Shown: positions 34,607 through 44,151 of the stretch, in pieces
Numbering within the stretch: the first letter of the stretch is position 1
Layout: each line of letters opens with the position of its first letter
NCBI GenBank assembly: GCA_000002445.1
Contig: CP000069.1
Span: forward strand, 640,001-704,000
Reading direction: 5' to 3'
Origin: Trypanosoma brucei
Taxonomy: Eukaryota
Length of the DNA stretch: 64,000 bases
Notes under the pieces: model-generated
Databases searched by the model: none
What the model was told of the DNA's origin: nothing
What the model saw: the letters and a program-made list of their open reading frames with translations, nothing else
Position numbers and translations under genes: made by a program

Positions 34607-35797
34607 TCACGGGTCACCCGTGTAACCCATCCTTTTGCTCTTCAAAATCTTTGGCATCTTCTTCCACTTCTCCTGGCGCGCAACATTCTTGAAGGCAGCA
34701 CTGCGATCATAAACACGGTCTTCGTGGACATAATCCTCAGGAAGAAGACCTTCCGCCTTCCACTTCTCTATTTTGTCCTTCACTATATCGTCAATTTTTG
34801 CATTAGGATTGTGCGAACTTGACCCCAGTGTTGAAGGAGTGTAGTCGAAGTAGAGCTGCCGCGGGGAAAATTGTCGCGGGGACCGAATGCTGCTGTGCCA
34901 ACAAACATGATAGTACATGTTATCATTCTCCTTGAGTGGTATGCGTAACTTTCCCGCCCCATGCCCACGGAGATCCGAATATGTGGTGCGCAAGAACTTC
35001 ACTTTCCGCTCGCCAAAATTGAACAAATACTTCTTGACGAACTCATAGACGTCAGCGTTTGTAACGGCATTAAGTGCAATGACAACAGACCTTGCCTCTA
35101 CACGATCTAGATCAGCCTGCACGTCCAACATCTCCTCCAGGACAGCCCGAACACCGTCCTCATCCCCCATGCGCCCAATGCTCTTTAACATAAAACTCCA
35201 CTGCGCTGTGTCGAAAAGTGGGGTGTAGTTCCACCCATCCTTCAAACAGCGATCAAACAGTGCCCTCCAGCCACTGTTGTCTGTCTTGTTGCAGTAAAAA
35301 AGTACAGATTTAACTAACGAAAGAGGGGGTTTTGCGGTGGCACCTTCCGCGGTAAAGCGCTGGTGACAGTATCGTTCCCACAGCTCCATAGCGCCGCCAC
35401 ATCTCTGGAAGGCGCAGTGCTGAAAGACCTTAGCCAACCAAAGATCTCTCGTCTTCTCATCGTCCACTAGAGGTGCCAAAGCCGTATAATCTGCAATGAC
35501 CTCTTCAGCAGGGGTTTTTGGTAGGGTGCGACCACGCGGTAGCTTCCGTAACTGTGGCTCCAGTGCAACACTAAAAGCGGGGTGCATATCAAATTCAATC
35601 CACACACCACGATACTTGTTAACCAACGAGTGGTTGCTCTGAAACGGTGCCGCGAAAGTTCGGTTTACTGAATGCGGCCGTTCCATTCCCTGGGGAAGAT
35701 TGTAATGCCAATGATACTGACTGTAGGCAACCATTGGCGAGGTGTCAGGATTCACAGGTGTATAGCCCACCGACCGGGGGCGGGTCGACCGAAACAT
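34607..35797 (-). CDS. Hypothetical protein, 396 aa, with an MFRSTRPRS N-terminus that looks like a mitochondrial presequence. Helical-repeat (PPR/TPR-like) character in the centre.
   Basis: Long ORF on the polycistron strand. Arg/Ser-rich amphipathic N-terminus. Central helical repeats (…WSFMLKSIGRMGDEDGVRAVLEEMLDVQADLDRVEARSVVIALN…). Confidence 0.45.
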   Translation of the reverse strand: MFRSTRPRSVGYTPVNPDTSPMVAYSQYHWHYNLPQGMERPHSVNRTFAAPFQSNHSLVNKYRGVWIEFDMHPAFSVALEPQLRKLPRGRTLPKTPAEEVIADYTALAPLVDDEKTRDLWLAKVFQHCAFQRCGGAMELWERYCHQRFTAEGATAKPPLSLVKSVLFYCNKTDNSGWRALFDRCLKDGWNYTPLFDTAQWSFMLKSIGRMGDEDGVRAVLEEMLDVQADLDRVEARSVVIALNAVTNADVYEFVKKYLFNFGERKVKFLRTTYSDLRGHGAGKLRIPLKENDNMYYHVCWHSSIRSPRQFSPRQLYFDYTPSTLGSSSHNPNAKIDDIVKDKIEKWKAEGLLPEDYVHEDRVYDRSAAFKNVARQEKWKKMPKILKSKRMGYTGDP

Positions 35798-36608
35798 ATG
35801 GTCCTAAAAGTGCGATGCACACACACCAAATGGTAATCAAAACGATGTCCCAGGTTCTTACCGCCTAGGAAAGGGGGAGTTGCAGGCGTTTTGTAACCTT
35901 CCGGGTACCGAAAGTTCCGGGTAGACTCATAAAGAAATTTGAAAGAGGGAGTAAAAGAGAAACGTGCGTTTTTCCCGCCCTCGCATATGTGCGCAAATTA
36001 TGCGCGGCTCATCAACCGCGGTAGACTGAAGGGAAAAACCGAAAGTAGAGTTAATATTCCTCCCTCCGTTTAGCACCACTATCACGACCCTCCTATTTAC
36101 CGTGATTCGTGGATTCCCACCTCACAGGGTGACAAAAAATACGGAAGTATTCGTGGTTGCCTCACCCCAACGTCTTTTGGTCTTGCTTCCTTTTCTAACT
36201 GTGACGAAATCAAAGGAAAGGAATCTAACCCCGGGGGAAGGAAACATTTCATTTCCTCCATCCGGGAAACCCTACACTCCGCCTTCTATCGCTTTGAATT
36301 CCAATTTCACGTCATCCATGGCACCAAGAATAGAACACGTACAAGACAAACAACATACCTCCGCAACACCTATTGATTCCTCCCATTCCCTTGGCCCCAA
36401 TGTTTGTCGTTACCATCAAGTATATAAAAGCAACGAAAACCCCCTAAACCCCAATTTCACCCTCCCATCCTTTTCCATACTCCATGCACTTCCTTATACA
36501 ACAAATTCTACGCTTACACTCCCGATTGGCAACGCCCGTCGTCACCTAAAACGAGCGGCCTACGTACATTGCGAATTTGTTAGCATACGTAACGCCATCT
36601 CACCCCAC

Positions 36609-38741
36609 TTAGGCCGCCTTGTTCCAGGAAACTAGGCAGTGAGCACCAAGTGCGCACTCGTCGAACCTTGTAAGGCCACCGGTCTGCTCCAAGCGCAGAA
36701 CGCGGTATCCAGAGCGCAACAGTAGGGGAGGAAATGCAGTAGTGAAATCAAACGAAGAGCTATCCTGTACAAACTTGCAGTCAATCACCGCAACTGTTGT
36801 TTCATTACATCCTTCAAAAACAATTTTACTGCCCTTTACACTTGCTTTCCCAGCGCCATACACTCGCGCCGTGCTACTCGAGAGGGGTAGCCCCTTGATC
36901 TCTTGGGGGCCAGCAAGGATATCCACCGAAACACTCGTTGTTAATTTTCCATTTGTGTTGTTTTTGATGAGATACCCGCTCCGCCCATTGTCTACAAACC
37001 GACCTTGGGCCCATAGCCCTCCCTCTCTTGAATTCCCGTGGTCTATCAACTGAACCCCCATCTGAGTGGCAATCCCAATGCATTGCTCGCTGCTGTGCTC
37101 GTCGACGTCAGAGAAAAATGCAAAGTGGTCATCAAGACTGTCCTGGTTCGGTTTTAAAGAAGGAAGTACATCGGCCGTAAGAACTACCACCTCCCATGGT
37201 TTGAGGTTTGTTTTCTTCTTTGCATACTTCAAGAATAAGAGGTCGGACAAAGCCGCAGACTCGCTTTTGTCTTCCCTATCGACAGCTCCCCCCACCACAA
37301 TCTTTAGCTCGTCCAAATTCTCCCTCTTCAACGTAAATTCTTCGCCTAATTCCAGTTTTTCCAGTTGCTCGCGTAAGTGTTGCTTATTTATGATGGCTTC
37401 ACCATTAATATGAGTAAACCAGTCATCTTTCGATACTCCTGCCTTCGCTGCTGGAGTTCCTGTAACAACATCCGTCACGCGCACACCCAAGCCATCTCTG
37501 TTCATGTCCGCCATCAGACTTCCGACAAATGGCTTCAACGGACTTTGGTATCCAAGTACGAGCACCTTCTTCCGTTGAGCAGCGGGGCTGAATTTTGGAT
37601 CGCTAATGATAGCACCCTCGAACATGAGCCCCTTTGCTAACATCGTACCAAGCCCCTTGCTCAGTATTTCAGCTAGCTCATCCTTCAGTTGTACCGGCAA
37701 TGTATTTGGTGGGGATAGACACAGAATAATAGGGTATGGGATAGTCGAGAAACCACTTGTCTTGATACCCTCTATGATGCACGTCAAGGGGCAGCTTCCA
37801 CTGCAGAGCACACCTTCGCTATTCCTTTTTATTTTTAAGACGAACGCTCTGGAGTTGTCAGAAAGCGCCCGCTGGAGGTCACTTTCACTTTCAATACGTA
37901 TGGTTTTTATCAGATATCGAGTCAGCGGCTGTGTCATGTCTTGCCAAACACTTGTTGTGCGCGAGGGGTCTAACGCGTTGTTGGTCATCAACCCCATCAA
38001 ATACGTATTGAAGTTGTACCTGTGAACTATGCCACCGAAACGGTGGTTGTACTTCTCTACAATCTGGGCGTCGGCACGTTCATTGCCTTGGGTAACAGTC
38101 ACAAACTTCCCAAATTGCTCTAGAGTCATCACCTCACCGCCCTCTGCAAAACGCGGAAACAGATCCATCGTGGGAATCAGAGATGCGGAGTTAAGGTGAT
38201 CAATCAGCACCGAGGCGAAGTTGGTCGGTGCCCTGGAATCTCGCTTCACGTCTTTGCCCTCAGTCACATACTTTTCTGAACTTGTGGTGCATTGGTTGGC
38301 AGGGCTGCCACCGCTACTCATCCATGTGTTAAGCAGACGGAAGAAGCCAGCATCCACATAAAACTCTTTAACCGAAGGGAGCGTCTCAGATATGGTCTTC
38401 AGTTTTTCCCTCTCCGCAATTTTAGAAATTATTTCCACCACCGTTTCCATCTTCAACCGAAACTTCGTGCGTGTGATCTCAGCGCACGAATTCATGAAAC
38501 TCAAAGAAACTGCGTCACGCTCCTCCTGGGAATGAAAGGTGAAACGCTCACTCAAAACTGACTCCACGCTTCTCAGAAAAGTCTTAAGATATTGCTCTGC
38601 ACCTGTCTGGTGCTCGTAAGCCGCCGGGTTCGAGTGGTTCTTATATCCACCACCTTGACGTTGGGACTCATCACTTAAGCGGTTTCCCGGTGGGGGAGCT
38701 AGTTGATCTCTCTCAAAACTTTTAGAATTGCACAAACCCAT
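36609..38741 (-). CDS. PLC: Phosphoinositide-specific phospholipase C (PI-PLC): EF-hand, X domain, linker, Y domain, C2. The probable start is Met46 at 38741 (MGLCNSKS, an N-myristoylation + palmitoylation motif). The track ORF extends to 38876.
   Basis: X-box residues …HRYNFNTYLMG… (compare SSHNTYL) and …STIPYPIILCLSPPN… (compare EYPVILSLENHC). Y-box …SSEQCIGIATQMGVQLIDHGNS…FVDNGRSGYLIKN… (compare GCQMVALNFQT…NGGCGYVLKP). 'cat' at 38739-38741. Trypanosome PI-PLCs are known to be acylated at MGxC N-termini. Confidence 0.7.
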   Translation of the reverse strand: MGLCNSKSFERDQLAPPPGNRLSDESQRQGGGYKNHSNPAAYEHQTGAEQYLKTFLRSVESVLSERFTFHSQEERDAVSLSFMNSCAEITRTKFRLKMETVVEIISKIAEREKLKTISETLPSVKEFYVDAGFFRLLNTWMSSGGSPANQCTTSSEKYVTEGKDVKRDSRAPTNFASVLIDHLNSASLIPTMDLFPRFAEGGEVMTLEQFGKFVTVTQGNERADAQIVEKYNHRFGGIVHRYNFNTYLMGLMTNNALDPSRTTSVWQDMTQPLTRYLIKTIRIESESDLQRALSDNSRAFVLKIKRNSEGVLCSGSCPLTCIIEGIKTSGFSTIPYPIILCLSPPNTLPVQLKDELAEILSKGLGTMLAKGLMFEGAIISDPKFSPAAQRKKVLVLGYQSPLKPFVGSLMADMNRDGLGVRVTDVVTGTPAAKAGVSKDDWFTHINGEAIINKQHLREQLEKLELGEEFTLKRENLDELKIVVGGAVDREDKSESAALSDLLFLKYAKKKTNLKPWEVVVLTADVLPSLKPNQDSLDDHFAFFSDVDEHSSEQCIGIATQMGVQLIDHGNSREGGLWAQGRFVDNGRSGYLIKNNTNGKLTTSVSVDILAGPQEIKGLPLSSSTARVYGAGKASVKGSKIVFEGCNETTVAVIDCKFVQDSSSFDFTTAFPPLLLRSGYRVLRLEQTGGLTRFDECALGAHCLVSWNKAA

Positions 38742-39032
38742 GTCTCCCACCCTGAGAAAGTGGAACGGACAATTTAACGGGACGTAACATACCCCAAAAG
38801 AGAAAGTAGAAAAAACAGAAGGCAACTGAGCTTCATCGGATTTCAAAAGCGGTAGCACAGACACAAGCCAGTACAAGCAGGCAAACGTGTGAATTCACCT
38901 ATCCTTATGACTTTCAGATTTTTTTCAGAAGTGGTCAAGTGAAAGTAGGGAAAAAATTCAAAAAAAAGCGGCAGTGATACCGCACACAGTAAGCTAAATA
39001 ATGTATTGCGTCTCCCGTAGCAGATTTCCCGC

Positions 39033-39233
39033 TTAGCCGGCCTTTCCAGGCGGCTGTTTGTTCATACGGAGCTTCTCGCCAGGTTTCAACGTCTTGGCAA
39101 GGTAACGCTGAGTGTACTTCAGGCGCTTGAAGGCACGCCCCCGGGGCTGCTTCTTCTTCTCCTGCTTGCTAACCTTCGGCGTCTGGTTTTTCACCTTGCC
39201 GGCGCGGGCCAGCGATCCGTGGACCTTCCCCAT
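39033..39233 (-). CDS. RPS30: 40S ribosomal protein S30 (eS30), copy A, 66 aa.
   Basis: [45 protein letters not shown]… versus eukaryotic eS30 [35 protein letters not shown]. The track ORF 39033..39371 contains it from internal Met47. Confidence 0.8.
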   Translation of the reverse strand: MGKVHGSLARAGKVKNQTPKVSKQEKKKQPRGRAFKRLKYTQRYLAKTLKPGEKLRMNKQPPGKAG

Positions 39234-39498
39234 ATCTTGCCTTGCTGCTTTTACAGTGAGACCTGTGATAAGTAGGGTAAAAAATAAAAAAAGTAAAGGT
39301 GATAGAATCTTTAAGCGCAGCACGTGCGAAGTGCGCAACCCAATTGGAGGCGACTTCGTAAATACAACCACTTACGAGAAAGTTAGATATTTTCAACAAT
39401 GTTCACAGGATGATATGCACCCGAATACTGAAAGAAAAAAAACAAGGGCAAGGAGGAAAAAAAATTATGCACGTTGTTTTCCGCGGCAGATTTCCCGC

Positions 39499-39699
39499 TT
39501 AGCCGGCCTTTCCAGGCGGCTGTTTGTTCATACGGAGCTTCTCGCCAGCTTTCAGCGTCTTGGCAAGGTAACGCTGAGTGTACTTCAGGCGCTTGAAGGC
39601 ACGCCCCCGGGGCTGCTTCTTCTTCTCCTGCTTGCTAACCTTCGGCGTCTGGTTTTTCACCTTGCCGGCACGGGCCAGCGATCCGTGGACCTTCCCCAT
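39499..39699 (-). CDS. RPS30: 40S ribosomal protein S30 (eS30), copy B, 66 aa. Tandem duplicate with a 466-bp period; it differs from copy A by one residue (Ala versus Pro) and by silent changes.
   Basis: Same protein sequence as copy A apart from the single Ala/Pro substitution (…KTLKAGEKL… versus …KTLKPGEKL…). About 220 nt (the CDS plus about 15 nt of 3' flank) is duplicated. The 5' flanks differ. Confidence 0.8.
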   Translation of the reverse strand: MGKVHGSLARAGKVKNQTPKVSKQEKKKQPRGRAFKRLKYTQRYLAKTLKAGEKLRMNKQPPGKAG

Positions 39700-39949
39700 G
39701 TTGAGAACCTTGGAAAACTAGCAAGAAAGAAGAAACCAACATTCAGCGGATCAGGCAGCGAAATTTTTTAAAATGCCAACTACACAACACACAACATAGC
39801 ACGGCCACCAGATACGAGAAAACGTAAACTACCAACGCATTTTTTTTAATCATTCAAAATGTCACTAAAAAAGAAAAGTAGGGGGAACTAACGATTACAT
39901 CTATAGCACACACAATCATTTACATGAAACACAATATTCAGACGGTACT

Positions 39950-40702
39950 TCATCGCTTCCTTCTCAGCGTGACTGGTAACGGAGTGGGAGAGAAGCGCGG
40001 TGGTCCCGTAAGAAAGGTCCTCTCAGTCGTCGAGGGCAAACCGTCACTCCGAGCCCCAGCAGGGCAGCGTTTAGATTTCTGCTGTGGATCAGACCCACCA
40101 GATACGCACTCTCCTGTTACCGCCGGTCCCCCACTACCACCTGAATAACTATCTTTGGTCATCTCTCTCTGTTTATACGTCCAATACGAGCGCCGGTAAG
40201 GGGTAAGCATGGCAGGAAATGAAGACGTGTACGTTCCCTTTATTCTGTTGTATGAGCGCAGCAGACTACCCCGCAAGTCTCTATCGCACGAAGCAACACC
40301 GTCCACAGCGGCCGTATCTGCACAGTTGTCACTACTTTTGCGTCCTTTCCTTTGCGGTGCACTGTGCTTTCTCACACTACCTTGTGAATCTCCTCCCGCA
40401 GAGGCAGCGTGCTGTAGGGGCGTGGCGACACCAACCGCGGCCCCTGTGGTCTCAGTGGTTAACTCATCGGCCTTCCTAGAACGCTGACTTCCGTCGACAC
40501 ACTTCCGTTTTGACATAGTGAGGTAGGAGGCCTTCGAATGTTCCTGCCTCGTCGGGACGTACGGTGCCCGACACGTTTGAAATTTCAAGGAAAGCAAATA
40601 CTTTTGCATATAACGTGTGCCCTGAAGCCAATCCTCAAAAGGTTCCGGGTGGTCAAGCGCCTTAACCAAGCTCCGGCTGTTAAACCTATCCGCACCTGTC
40701 AT
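39950..40702 (-). CDS. Hypothetical protein, 250 aa, Ser/Arg/Gly-rich and probably disordered.
   Basis: ORF on the polycistron strand. Low-complexity S/G/R-rich composition. No domain recognised. Confidence 0.3.
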   Translation of the reverse strand: MTGADRFNSRSLVKALDHPEPFEDWLQGTRYMQKYLLSLKFQTCRAPYVPTRQEHSKASYLTMSKRKCVDGSQRSRKADELTTETTGAAVGVATPLQHAASAGGDSQGSVRKHSAPQRKGRKSSDNCADTAAVDGVASCDRDLRGSLLRSYNRIKGTYTSSFPAMLTPYRRSYWTYKQREMTKDSYSGGSGGPAVTGECVSGGSDPQQKSKRCPAGARSDGLPSTTERTFLTGPPRFSPTPLPVTLRRKR

Positions 40703-40835
40703 GGCTCAGAAGATCTTCTCCCCACATCCCAAAAAGAGGGCAAAAAAAATTAAAACAAAGTGAGATTCAGAAATGACGATCTCTCCGACGCAATCAAAAA
40801 AGAAAAAAAAGCAACAAGTGAAGTGACAGTATTCT

Positions 40836-40856
40836 CCCCCCCCCCCCCCCCCCCCC
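40836..40856. repeat. Homopolymer (C)21 on the plus strand, which is (G)21 on the transcribed minus-sense strand, in the spacer between the NudC-like gene and the downstream hypothetical gene.
   Basis: Read directly: attct + 21 C + ggtgg. Confidence 0.9.
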
Positions 40857-40915
40857 GGTGGAAAAGGCCGACACCTCCGTTGAGAGGGAAATGGGGAACA
40901 AAAGGGACAATACCG

Positions 40916-41500
40916 TTAGTTAGAGGTACCACCACGCTGCATCAATTCCCGGAGGCGCAACTCGTCGCTAGAAGGTAAATTTAACGCTTTTTGTCGCTGA
41001 TCAAACATCATTTTCGCGATCGTGGCCCGTGCGCTGTCGTCGAGTTCGGAGATATGTTTGCTCGGTGGCCTGAAAGTCTTCATGTCTATTTGTCTCTCAT
41101 TAGTTGTGACACATGGCCACCACTCTTCGTACTGGGCGTTCGTTTTCACCAAAGTCACCACAAGCACACTTTTATCCTCCACACACCACGTACATTCGTC
41201 TACTTTCACTGGTTTGTACAGGTCACCAGAAATCAAGGGTGATTGACCCTTCATGCCTATTGTTAACGAGGAAACTTTTACGTCCACATTAATCATCTTT
41301 GTGGGTGTGTCAGACGGCAGTGGAACCTTAACGATCACTTCAGTGTCTGTTTGACCAAACGAGTATCTTCCGTAATCGCCTCCACACTCCTCGTTACACG
41401 GTAAGAGGTCAGCCATGTCCTTCTGACTTTCAACTAAAGACATCTGCTGGCTCTTTTGTGACAAGCAATCTCCTATAAAGAAGCGGTAGCACTTCAACAA
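40916..41500 (-). CDS. NUDC: NudC-like protein (CS/p23-fold nuclear-distribution protein C family, short form).
   Basis: …LISGDLYKPVKVDECTWCVEDKSVLVVTLVKTNAQYEEWWPCV…ISELDDSARATIAKMMFDQRQKALNLPSSDELRLRELMQ aligns with the human NudC C-terminus (…[42 protein letters not shown]…[40 protein letters not shown]). Confidence 0.65.
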   Translation of the reverse strand: MLKCYRFFIGDCLSQKSQQMSLVESQKDMADLLPCNEECGGDYGRYSFGQTDTEVIVKVPLPSDTPTKMINVDVKVSSLTIGMKGQSPLISGDLYKPVKVDECTWCVEDKSVLVVTLVKTNAQYEEWWPCVTTNERQIDMKTFRPPSKHISELDDSARATIAKMMFDQRQKALNLPSSDELRLRELMQRGGTSN

Positions 41501-42381
41501 AGCGAAGTGGATGTGGGGGGAACGCAGCGATTGTCAGAGCAGCATTTGGGATAACATACACTCTGTAAGCCTGTCTTCGCCGAATTTTGGCAGCAAACAA
41601 ATCAATCTAGAAGCAAGAAGGCTGATCTCTGTAACACATTTATCCAGCAACACACTCTTACCCGCTCCCTGGTAACTCAGTCAAAGCCGCATCGTAATGG
41701 GAGCTTCGGTCCATTCAACTACCGTCCATCGTGACAAACTCAACCATTTCTTGAGAACAAAAAAGGTAAGTACATTTATGTAAACAAGATGAATAAAGTA
41801 AATACCGTGCGGTGCAACTTCATCGTGAGGCATCACTGCATACGAGACCATAACCTTACAACGATTAAAATTCTTATATACAAGTCGACTCGTTCACTAA
41901 TTTCAGCGACAAAGCGCGGTCCAAGTCGCAACAACGATGACATCCCTTCATCCTAAAATGTAAACATTCCTTTATCCAGATCGCACTACCAGGTACGGAA
42001 ACGGATAAGCAATCTACTTCCAAATAATGATTCTTCCACGGGTAAATTGCCTGGGGAGACCGACCCTCAAATACGTCAATCCAACTGTATCCCCTAGAAG
42101 TCCACCGACCCATATCGGCTTCGACACAACAGTGAGGTTCACCTTCACTCTTATCTGCTCAGATAGAGAGAGCACCAGCATTCATTTCGTTAACTTATCA
42201 TTATCTCGCACTATATAAGTGCCGACGCCATACCACACAACAACAACAACAACAACAAGATTAAACAGCCAAAATGCGGGTGCTGGGTCTGGTTTAAAAA
42301 AAAAGTGAAGGTAAAGATGTAAATGTCATGAGTATCTGAAAAAAAGTAAAAACTCATGGAAAGTCCTGGCATCCCTCATTC

Positions 42382-43185
42382 TCAGGTTAAGGACGCAGAA
42401 ACACTGCCATATGCACCATAATTAACCTTGTATTCTCCTGCAAGGGCAGGGGATCGTGACCCCACACCGCTGCAAAAAATGTAGTGCTTTTCTCGAAGGG
42501 GCCAACCCATTGAAGCAGCGTAAGAAACTGCTAAAGCTACTGCCGCACCTGGTCCGCCCAAGCAATTCTTTCCAGCACCTACTTGTATAGGCTCTTCTCG
42601 GCGAGTTACTACAAAGTTGGTATCGCCCAGCGATTCAAGGGACGCACTCCCCAAACTCACAGCCTCACCAAGGTGTACAGCTACGCACCCACCCAAATCC
42701 GCTGCGAACCCTGTTGTATGGGGAGGATAAAAGGGATACCGTGACCCGACGAACTCCACACCGGGGAAAAAAGCGTCACAAACAGCTGGCACTGTGTTGG
42801 CTGTGAGTTGGGTCGGGGGGTCACGACCGAGACGAATAACGAAAAGTGGTTCAACAAATTGTATTCGGTGTTGTTTTGCCGAAAAAACAGAACCCTGGAA
42901 AGAGTTAGAAAAAATGGGAACACACACCGGCTCTGTGGCTCTCAAACACTGAAGGGGTGGTGAAGTTGGGGGAACAACCTTAATACCCACGTAATTGAAG
43001 TTGTGATCTTTCATGGCTTCACAAAGAAGCGAATGAAACTTGACGAGCTCTCCGGTACCTGTTCCGTGACGCGGAAATATCTCACTTAGTGCAGGCAACT
43101 CTCGATCAGAATTCTGGAGGTAGTCGACATAGCTTTCAGCTGAGACCTTCGAAATAATCAACCGACACCACGACCAGCGGAACAT
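42382..43185 (-). CDS. 2-keto-4-pentenoate hydratase / FAH-fold hydratase-decarboxylase-like protein (MhpD/HpcG family).
   Basis: Family-like blocks …TGELVKFHSLL…YVGIKVV… and a C-terminal …GAGKNCLGGPGAAVALAVSYAASMGWPLREKHYIFCSGVGSRSPALAGE…, which resembles the MhpD substrate-lid region. The assignment is by motif resemblance only. Confidence 0.4.
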   Translation of the reverse strand: MFRWSWCRLIISKVSAESYVDYLQNSDRELPALSEIFPRHGTGTGELVKFHSLLCEAMKDHNFNYVGIKVVPPTSPPLQCLRATEPVCVPIFSNSFQGSVFSAKQHRIQFVEPLFVIRLGRDPPTQLTANTVPAVCDAFFPGVEFVGSRYPFYPPHTTGFAADLGGCVAVHLGEAVSLGSASLESLGDTNFVVTRREEPIQVGAGKNCLGGPGAAVALAVSYAASMGWPLREKHYIFCSGVGSRSPALAGEYKVNYGAYGSVSASLT

Positions 43186-44151
43186 ACCCTTTAACGGGGG
43201 AAATAGAAAAACAAAACAAAAGGTAGATGTTTCCCTACCGTTTCCCTCTTACCTCAAATCCGACTAAAAAGAAAAGGTAAAGGGGCGACTATAAATCTGC
43301 ACGTATGTTACATTTAAGCGGTACGTTATTCGGATAGTCATCCCAAACATGTTTTTCTCGCTCCAGAAAGTTGCAAATGCACAATTCGACGTTCCATGTA
43401 CGTGAAATCCACAGTAAACGCCAGAGCTACGAAAGGAGGGAAACATCCCAAGGAAACCAAAAATCAGCTACACAAGCATACATCTTGTCTGCGGAAGAAC
43501 AAAAACAAAAACACGGGATATTCATTCTGCCATATTCCCGGTGCTGCCTCAGCGGAGGGGCTGATTCCACACTCCAGGCTACCAAGCAAAATATCCCAAA
43601 TTCCTTATGAGGAAACTGGGTCATGTGCGCACAGCTCATTTCGCTTCGCTATGCGCGGACTGTGTGTTGAACACACTTCCGTAACGTTGTAGATATTGAC
43701 CAATGCTTCGCAACATTAGGCCAGTCTCATGCAATAACTTAGAATAATATCTGTTTATTGAATCGTACTCCCCTGTTCTCAATGAATTCAGCATGGGGTG
43801 CGTGCTTATAGACAACAATCCTTTATTCTCGCACTATCAGATTTCGCTTAACACCCCTTACCCCACGCATTATATCTACTTTGAATATTAAAGAAGGGGG
43901 AAAAGAAAAATACACAAAGAGACATGTCTCACGTCCACGCCGCGAAAACAGAGTTTTCATGGTGTTATATAACAATTACACGTTACAAATTTGTTTGGTG
44001 AGCACATTTGCACCTCATGCAACGAACTCGCGAATTGCGCCCACTCTTGCGTTCCCTGTACAACGAAAACATAACACAACTCATACACATGGTAGGAACG
44101 ATTGCTAACAGGTAACAGTGTTTCCAAACGAAAATTTTTGAACTTACAAGA

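Noticed and set aside
36102-36635. 177-aa plus-strand ORF in the spacer upstream of PI-PLC.
   Set aside because: It is on the non-transcribed strand of a minus polycistron, with C-rich low-complexity composition, and overlaps the PI-PLC 3' region. No domain recognised.
39112-39771. 219-aa plus-strand ORF spanning both RPS30 copies.
   Set aside because: It is antisense to two well-supported eS30 genes in a minus-strand polycistron. The repetitive composition explains the open frame.
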